Assembly: GCA_965279375.1 (NCBI GenBank)
Contig: OZ257156.1
Location: 3,936,001 to 4,000,000, forward strand
From: Gemmatimonas sp.
GTDB lineage: Bacteria; Gemmatimonadota; Gemmatimonadetes; Gemmatimonadales; Gemmatimonadaceae
Direction: 5' to 3'
Length of the DNA stretch: 64,000 bases
The notes under the pieces are model-generated. The model did no database searches. It saw nothing but the letters and a program-made list of their open reading frames with translations, and was not told the DNA's origin. The position numbers and the translations under genes were made by a program. Of this stretch, positions 57,904 to 64,000 are shown one piece after another; positions within the stretch are counted from its first letter, which is position 1; each line of letters begins with the position of its first letter.

Positions 57904-60407
57904 GCGAGCTCCGCGACGGTGACCCCTGCCCCTCCTTCGTTCCACGCACCGAGCCGGAAGCCGCCGACGCGCGTGTCCTTCTTGAGCATCTCTCCCACGC
58001 GTGCGCGGAGCGCGCCCGTACCCTTCCCGTGAATGATCCGCAGTTCGCGCAGGTCCGCGCGGATCGCCGCGTCGAGTGCCTGCACCACGAGGTCCGCGAC
58101 TTCATCGGCGCGCACACCACGCACATCCACCTCGCGCACCGGCTCAGCTTCCGGGACATCACCCATCAGCGACACCTTGTACATCGGCGGTGGCGGCGCG
58201 GCCGTCCGTGTCAGTGCGCTCACCGGCACGGACAACGTCATCGACCCGACCATCACGCGCGCGTCCTTCCCGCGCAGCGACACGATGCGCCCCGCCTTGC
58301 CGTCGAGCGTGGACACGAGCACGCTGTCGCCTTCCGCCAACGGCGCGCTCTTCGGCTTGGCCTTGGATGCCGCGGGCCTGCCCACAGTCGAGATTGACGT
58401 GTCAGCTGCAGCGGCGCCCGCCGACGGTGAGGCCCCAGCTTCACGCTCCAACGCCGCGCGCAATTTCTCGGCGCGACGTTCCCGGTCACGCTGTGCCTGC
58501 ACCGCCACCCGATCGACCGCGGCGCTCTCCGCGGCTGCCGCGTCTTCCACAGCGCGACGAGCAGCACGTGCCGCCGCCTCCACGGCATCGGAGTGCTCGG
58601 CAGCCTTGGCCCGTACCTCCGCAACGGCGCGCTCCACTACCGCACGCGCTTCCAGCAAATACTTGCGCGTCTCTTGTCGCGCGCTGCGCTCCGACTCGCG
58701 CTCCTTCTCACGCACCTTCACCTCGCGATCGGTGACCGTCGCCACGCGCGAACGCAGCTTGGTCTGCTCGATCTCCATCACGCGTTCGCGATCGGTCAGC
58801 ACGGCATCGCGCAACTCGATGTCGGCGAGCAGGATGGCGAGGTCGCGTTCACCCTTGGGCAGCCGCTCTTCCGCGTTGACCAGCACCTCCTCAGGCAGCG
58901 CGAGACGACGGGCAATGCTCAACCCATAGCTGCGCCCAGGCACGCCCTTGAGCAGGCGATACGTCGGCGCCAGGAGCTGCGCGTCGAACTGCAGCGATGC
59001 GTTAACCACACCCTCCACCTCGGTGGCCAGCAGCTTGAGCTGCCCCAGGTGCGTGGTCGCGATAGTAAGCGCCCCGCGTCGCGTGAGCGTTTCGAGAATC
59101 GCGCTGCCCAACGCCGCGCCTTCGGCCGGATCGGTGCCCGAGCCCAGTTCGTCCACGAGCACCAGCGAGTCCGCCGTCGCCATGCGCAGAATCTCGCCCT
59201 GATTCTTGAGGTGCGCGCTGAACGTGGACAGACTCGCCTCGATGCTCTGCTCATCGCCGACATCGGCAAAGACGTCGTCGAAGACCGGCAGTCGACTCGT
59301 CGCGCCCACCGGCGCAGGCACACCGGCCTGCGCCATCGCTGCCAACAGTCCGATCGCCTTGAGCAGAACGGTCTTGCCGCCGGTATTCGGCCCCGACACG
59401 AGCAACGTACGCTCTTTCGGATGCATGGTCAGATCGAATGGCACGACCGGCGTCCCGCGCGCCAACAATAGCGGATGGCGACCGTCAACGATCGCCCATC
59501 CCTCGGCGGGCGCACAGAACGTCAGCGGCGCGCAGAGCGCATCGATCGAGTATCTCGCACGCGCATACAGCGAGTCCAGAGCAACCAGCGCCGCGTACGC
59601 GCCGTTGATCGCCTCGTGATGCGGCCTCAGTGCCTCCGTCAGCTCCCGCAGCACGCGCTCGACTTCGCGCTGCTCCTCGATCTCCAGTTCGCGCAGTCGA
59701 TTGCCGAACTCCACCGCCGCGGGCGGCTCGACGAAAATCGTCTCGCCTGTCCCGGAGCTGTCGTGCACGATGCCGCCCACGTAGCCGCGTGCGCCGCGAC
59801 GCATGGGCATCACCCAACGCCCGTTGCGCATCGTGACTGAGAGATCGCCCACCTGATGATGCGGCTCGAGCTGTCGCATCTCGCGCTCCAGCAGTCGCAC
59901 CAGCTCACCCTCGGCCTGACGCAGATCGCGGCGCACTTTGCGCAGCGCCGGCGACGCATCGTCCTTCACGGTGCCGTCGTCGGCAATGGCACGGCTGATC
60001 GCTTCTTCCTGCGCGCGCAGGTCCACCAGCGCCTGCGTGTACATGACGAGAAACGCGACGACCACAGCCGGACGTCGCGGATCGCGAAGCGCCTCGCGCG
60101 TACGCCGAGACGAACGCAGCAGAATGGCCGCATGCAGCAGCTCTTCCGCGCTCCACGACAGTCCGCCGATGCGCAATCGCTTGAGCGATTCCGCGAGGTC
60201 AGGAATCTGTTCGCTTGGCCATCCGGCGTCCGACGACACGAGGGCGCGCATCGCGCCGACGCGTGCGTGCTCGGCTTCGATCCACTGGCGATCGGCGCGG
60301 GGCTCCAATGTGCGAACCGCAGCGGCGCCTGGCGCGGAGTGCGCGCGGCCAGCCACATGCGCCAGCAGGCGCGGAAACTCGAGAATGCCTAATGCGTGGC
60401 CGTTCAT
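57900..60407 (-). CDS. mutS2: Endonuclease MutS2
   Basis: HDSSGTGETIFVEP, SGPNTGGKT, GDEQSIEASLSTFS, DELGSGTDP, Smr domain IHGKGTGALR. Confidence 0.96.
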   Translation of the reverse strand: MNGHALGILEFPRLLAHVAGRAHSAPGAAAVRTLEPRADRQWIEAEHARVGAMRALVSSDAGWPSEQIPDLAESLKRLRIGGLSWSAEELLHAAILLRSSRRTREALRDPRRPAVVVAFLVMYTQALVDLRAQEEAISRAIADDGTVKDDASPALRKVRRDLRQAEGELVRLLEREMRQLEPHHQVGDLSVTMRNGRWVMPMRRGARGYVGGIVHDSSGTGETIFVEPPAAVEFGNRLRELEIEEQREVERVLRELTEALRPHHEAINGAYAALVALDSLYARARYSIDALCAPLTFCAPAEGWAIVDGRHPLLLARGTPVVPFDLTMHPKERTLLVSGPNTGGKTVLLKAIGLLAAMAQAGVPAPVGATSRLPVFDDVFADVGDEQSIEASLSTFSAHLKNQGEILRMATADSLVLVDELGSGTDPAEGAALGSAILETLTRRGALTIATTHLGQLKLLATEVEGVVNASLQFDAQLLAPTYRLLKGVPGRSYGLSIARRLALPEEVLVNAEERLPKGERDLAILLADIELRDAVLTDRERVMEIEQTKLRSRVATVTDREVKVREKERESERSARQETRKYLLEARAVVERAVAEVRAKAAEHSDAVEAAARAARRAVEDAAAAESAAVDRVAVQAQRDRERRAEKLRAALEREAGASPSAGAAAADTSISTVGRPAASKAKPKSAPLAEGDSVLVSTLDGKAGRIVSLRGKDARVMVGSMTLSVPVSALTRTAAPPPPMYKVSLMGDVPEAEPVREVDVRGVRADEVADLVVQALDAAIRADLRELRIIHGKGTGALRARVGEMLKKDTRVGGFRLGAWNEGGAGVTVAELA

Positions 60408-60416
60408 GACATCCGG

Positions 60417-60458
60417 AAAGACAAGGACCCGAACCGACGCATGCGAGGGTTCGGGTCC
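60417..60458 (-). terminator. Intrinsic terminator after rpsU-yqeY
   Basis: GGACCCGAACC-N12-GGTTCGGGTCC followed by TTGTCTTT on the minus strand. Confidence 0.75.
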
Positions 60459-60500
60459 GACTCTACTGGCGAGATGCCGTTGCTGTCGTCCCCACGGACA

Positions 60501-60965
60501 TCATCCGCGCGTGAGCTCTTCCCGCGCGATCGCATTGATCGTACTGCCATCGGCTCGCCCCTTGAACTGCGGCATCACCTTAGCCATCACCGCCCCGACG
60601 TTCGCGGCGCCTCCAGCAATCGCCTCGCGTACGGCCGCTCGCAACTCCTCCGAATCGACTTGCGCTGGGGTGTACAACTCCAACGCGACAGCCTCGGCTT
60701 GCTCGCGATCCGCCAAGTCCGCACGATTCGCTTTCGCGTACATCGCCACGGACTCCTTGCGCTTCTTGATCGCCTTGCGAATGACATCGACAACATCGTC
60801 GTCGGTGGCATCGCGCTTGAGCTCGATCTCCCGGTTCTTGATCTCCGAGATGACCATGCCGAGCAAGAGCACGCGATCCTTATCCTGCGCCCGTCTGGCC
60901 GCAGCCTGATCGGTCTGCAGCCGCACGAGCAGCGAAGCGCCGCCGGCGGCCACGGGAGAACTCAA
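60501..60965 (-). CDS. GatB/YqeY domain protein
   Basis: EIKNREIE...[10 protein letters not shown]...R.DLADRE...[18 protein letters not shown]; follows rpsU. Confidence 0.93.
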   Translation of the reverse strand: MSSPVAAGGASLLVRLQTDQAAARRAQDKDRVLLLGMVISEIKNREIELKRDATDDDVVDVIRKAIKKRKESVAMYAKANRADLADREQAEAVALELYTPAQVDSEELRAAVREAIAGGAANVGAVMAKVMPQFKGRADGSTINAIAREELTRG

Positions 60966-61150
60966 CCCTGGCGCGTGCGGCGATTCTTACGAACAGCCGC
61001 GTTCATCTTGCGCTTGCGACGCTCGGACGGCTTCTCGTAATGACGATGCTTGCGCAGGTCGGACAGAATGCCAGCCTTCTCGCACTTCTTCTTGAAGCGC
61101 TTGAGGGCCCGCTCAAAGTTCTCGTCCTCGTGGATGATGACTTCCGACAA
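60962..61150 (-). CDS. rpsU: 30S ribosomal protein S21
   Basis: [36 protein letters not shown] start with GGAG. Confidence 0.97.
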   Translation of the reverse strand: MSEVIIHEDENFERALKRFKKKCEKAGILSDLRKHRHYEKPSERRKRKMNAAVRKNRRTRQG

Positions 61151-61333
61151 ACTCGATCTCTCCCTGGGGTCCCGGACTCAGCTCAGGTGCACGCGGCACG
61201 TGGGTCAGAGGCGGGAAACGCGGCGCGCGCGACAGCAGTCGGCAAGAGGTGCCGAATGCCTCGCGCGTCCTAAGTGAAGGCACGACAGCCTTGTATCCTA
61301 CCCACAGCAACCGAGTGGGTCAAGGACAGGTGT

Positions 61334-61675
61334 TCAACCCGGTGGCCAGGTCATGGACCGACCGCCGAGCAAATGCAGATGCAGGTGGAGCACGGTCTGC
61401 CCTCCGTCCGCACCGGTGTTCATGACGGTCCGGTATCCACCCTCCGCGATCCCCTCCTGACGCGCCACCTCGGCCGCCAGCAGCGCCAGCGCCCCCACCT
61501 CGGCCGCATCCGTCGCCTCGGCGAGCGAGGACACGTGCCGCCGCGGAATCACCAGCACATGCACCGGTGCCTGCGGGTGGATGTCGCGGAAGGCCACGGC
61601 GTGTTCATTCTCCGCGACAAATGGCACCGGGATCGCACCCGACGCGATCCGGCAGAACAGACAGTCGTCAGACAT
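61334..61675 (-). CDS. HIT family nucleotide-binding protein
   Basis: CLFCRI, AFRDIHPQAPVHVLVIP, GQTVLHLHLHLLGG. Confidence 0.95.
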   Translation of the reverse strand: MSDDCLFCRIASGAIPVPFVAENEHAVAFRDIHPQAPVHVLVIPRRHVSSLAEATDAAEVGALALLAAEVARQEGIAEGGYRTVMNTGADGGQTVLHLHLHLLGGRSMTWPPG

Positions 61676-61680
61676 TCAGG

Positions 61681-62439
61681 CTATCCTCGGGGATCGAAAA
61701 GTGCCGTGCGGGCCACGGCCAGCGCCGCCAAGCCGGCGGTCTCGAAGCGCAAGATGGACGGACCAAGGCTGACCCGACGAAACCCGGCGCCGTCGAGCGC
61801 TTCGAGTTCGTCCCGCTCCAGTCCACCCTCGGGCCCCAACGCGATCACCAGCGGCGTACCGATGGGCGCCGCGGCAGGCCCGGCGAACGGCGCCGCGCCC
61901 GGATCCAGCGACACGCGGTCCCCGACCGGCGCGGCGAGCAACGCGCGCTCCAGATTCGCCTCGGGAAAGAGCTGCGGCAGCCACGACCCTTCGGACTGCG
62001 CCAGCGCCTGCTCCATGCGGGCGGCCACCTTTGCCTGAAACGTCATCCCCTCGCCGCGGGGCGACACGCTGCGAGAGCGCCGCCACATCACCGGCCGCCA
62101 GCTGGTGCAGCCAAACTCGCAGGCCTTTTCGGCGAGCCACAGCATCCGCTCGCGATCGGCTACGGGCACCAGGAGATGCACCTCTGGCAGCGGATCGAGT
62201 TGCTCCACCTCGGTCACATCGAGCACAGCCTGCGTCTTCGTCAGACGCACCAACGTCCCGGCCCCAACGCCACCTCGACCGTCGCGGAGCCCCACCAGCG
62301 CCCCGGCATCCAACCGCAGCACACGCATGTGTCGAGCGGCATGCTCGTCCAGCAGACACGGCGTTCCCGCCGAGAATCCCTCGGGTGACAGGAACGTCGG
62401 ACGCCCTGCCGCTATGCCCGCGCGATCGACGCCGACCAC
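61681..62439 (-). CDS. rsmE: 16S rRNA m3U1498 methyltransferase
   Basis: HMRVLRL, EKACEFG, AQS, GPEGG, LGPSILRFETA; start uncertain. Confidence 0.92.
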   Translation of the reverse strand: MVGVDRAGIAAGRPTFLSPEGFSAGTPCLLDEHAARHMRVLRLDAGALVGLRDGRGGVGAGTLVRLTKTQAVLDVTEVEQLDPLPEVHLLVPVADRERMLWLAEKACEFGCTSWRPVMWRRSRSVSPRGEGMTFQAKVAARMEQALAQSEGSWLPQLFPEANLERALLAAPVGDRVSLDPGAAPFAGPAAAPIGTPLVIALGPEGGLERDELEALDGAGFRRVSLGPSILRFETAGLAALAVARTALFDPRG

Positions 62440-63260
62440 CAGATGTCCTCCGCGTCTTCCTGTACCACGCGCCAACCGGTGGCGCTCAGGACGTCCAGCA
62501 TCTGTGCACGTTCTTCGAGGAGAATCCCGCTGATGATCGCGGCACCGTCGTCCGTCAAGTTTGCCGCTATGAGCGGCAGAAGCTCCACGAGCACCGACGA
62601 AATGATGTTGGCGAGCACGACTCGCACGGGGCCGATCATCGGCAGGAACGCCGCAGCGTCTCCTTCAAACACGTGCACCCGATCCGCCACGCCATTGCGC
62701 GCCACGTTCTCCTCGGCGTCGGGAATCGCTTCCCCATCGAGTTCGATCGCGTACACTCGCGCCGCGCCCAATTTGGCCGCAGCAATGGAGAGCACGGCAC
62801 TGCCGGCGCCCAGATCCGCGACGACATCGCCCGCCCGTAGCACAGTCGGCAGCAATCGCACGACACCGCGAGTGGTGGCGTGGTCGCCCGTGCCGAACGC
62901 CATGCCCGGATCAATGATGATCGTGCGCGAGAGATCGCGCCCTTCGCTCAGCCACGGCGGTGTGACCGTCAGCGCGCCCAACTCATGAGCGACGATGCGC
63001 GCCTTCCACGCTTCGCTCCAGTCGACGTTGGGAACGGGCGACGTCTCGATGACCGACAGCTCGTCCGCTTCCGAGACGATGGCGTGCACGCGAGTGAGAT
63101 CGGTGCCCGGCGGAAAGTGCGTAACGAGCGAACCCGCGTCCTCGTGCACGCCCTGCGCGCCCACTTCGAACAGCGCGGCCATGCACGCCAACCGCGCCGA
63201 CTCGTCGTTAGCCGCCGGCCGCACACGGACGCTGGTCCAACCGCTGATATCCTCAGGCAC
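62412..63260 (-). CDS. prmA: Ribosomal protein L11 methyltransferase
   Basis: DWSEAWK, IDPGMAFGTGDHATT, DLGAGSAVLSIAA, ANI, SGIL. Confidence 0.95.
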   Translation of the reverse strand: MPEDISGWTSVRVRPAANDESARLACMAALFEVGAQGVHEDAGSLVTHFPPGTDLTRVHAIVSEADELSVIETSPVPNVDWSEAWKARIVAHELGALTVTPPWLSEGRDLSRTIIIDPGMAFGTGDHATTRGVVRLLPTVLRAGDVVADLGAGSAVLSIAAAKLGAARVYAIELDGEAIPDAEENVARNGVADRVHVFEGDAAAFLPMIGPVRVVLANIISSVLVELLPLIAANLTDDGAAIISGILLEERAQMLDVLSATGWRVVQEDAEDIWWSASIARA

Positions 63261-64000
63261 CCAGCGCTTCCTTCATCTTCGACCAGATGCTCTTCTCGCG
63301 CTGTGCGGGCGCCTTGCCCTGCAGCGTCGCCAGATGACGGATCGTCTGCTCTTCCTCGCCGTGCACCGACTGTGGCGTCCAGAGCTGCACCTTCACGTGC
63401 ATGTCGCCCACGCCACTCGCGTTTACACGCGGCAAACCGCGACCGCGCAGATGAAACACCGCGCCACTCTGCGTTCCGGCCGGAACGCGCAGCGTGAGAT
63501 CACCCATGATGCCGGGTACGCGTACCTCTGCGCCGAACACGAGCTGCGGATACGTGACCAGCGCTTCGCAGAAGAGATCCTCTCCATCGCGATCGAAGCG
63601 CTCGTCGTCTTCCACCTCGAACACCACCAACACGTCTCCACGCGTTCCGCCGCGTGGACCGATGTTGCCCGAACCGCGCAACGTCATGTACTGCCCCGTC
63701 GCCACGCCGGCCGGCACGGTGATCTTGAGCGTGCGTTCGGCGCGCGCGCGCCCTTCGCCGCGGCACTTCTTGCACGGCGACGAGACCACCTGCCCTTCGC
63801 CAGCGCAGGTCGGACATGGCGCCACGGAAACGAACTGCCCAAAGAACGATCGCTGCGCACGGCGCACTTCCCCGGCGCCGCCACATGTGGCGCAGGTAGC
63901 CGGCTTGGTGCCTGGCTCAGCGCCCGACCCTTCACACTTGTCGCACGCCTCGAGGACCTTGAGCACCACCGTCTTCTCGACGCCAGTGGCCACCTCGGCG
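63253..64000 (-). CDS. dnaJ: Chaperone DnaJ; 5' end outside window
   Basis: Four CxxCxGxG repeats (CDKCEGSG, CATCGGAG, CPTCAGEG, CKKCRGEG) and the C-terminal domain. Confidence 0.96.
   Translation of the reverse strand, partial: AEVATGVEKTVVLKVLEACDKCEGSGAEPGTKPATCATCGGAGEVRRAQRSFFGQFVSVAPCPTCAGEGQVVSSPCKKCRGEGRARAERTLKITVPAGVATGQYMTLRGSGNIGPRGGTRGDVLVVFEVEDDERFDRDGEDLFCEALVTYPQLVFGAEVRVPGIMGDLTLRVPAGTQSGAVFHLRGRGLPRVNASGVGDMHVKVQLWTPQSVHGEEEQTIRHLATLQGKAPAQREKSIWSKMKEALGA

Overview
GC-rich bacterial chromosome segment, mostly on the minus strand. Protein style and gene order suggest Gemmatimonadota (Gemmatimonadaceae-like); this is my inference, not a database result. Most of the window is housekeeping: pccB, rpsA, an aroA-cmk fusion, a lysine/DAP operon, recN-nadK-dxs-ispA-xseBA-folD-rny-zapA, pheST, infC-rpmI-rplT, rex, rsmA, an RsbU/W/V-type partner-switching trio, pta-coaD-rsmD-recJ, dnaG-mutS2-rpsU and rsmE-prmA-dnaJ. 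The standout is an accessory block at about 14.2-25.8 kb. It carries a translationally coupled operon for the two signature enzymes of the 3-hydroxypropionate route, trifunctional propionyl-CoA synthase (pcs) and bifunctional malonyl-CoA reductase (mcr). It also carries a stand-alone rtcB RNA ligase preceded by an apparent leader-peptide transcription attenuator. Also seen: tRNA-Leu(TAA), tRNA-Gly(GCC), a probable 6S RNA, an L20-leader-like attenuator and ATT start for infC, a perfect Rex operator, several apparently leaderless genes and a possibly degenerate GH125-like protein. I found no CRISPR array, integrase or transposase.
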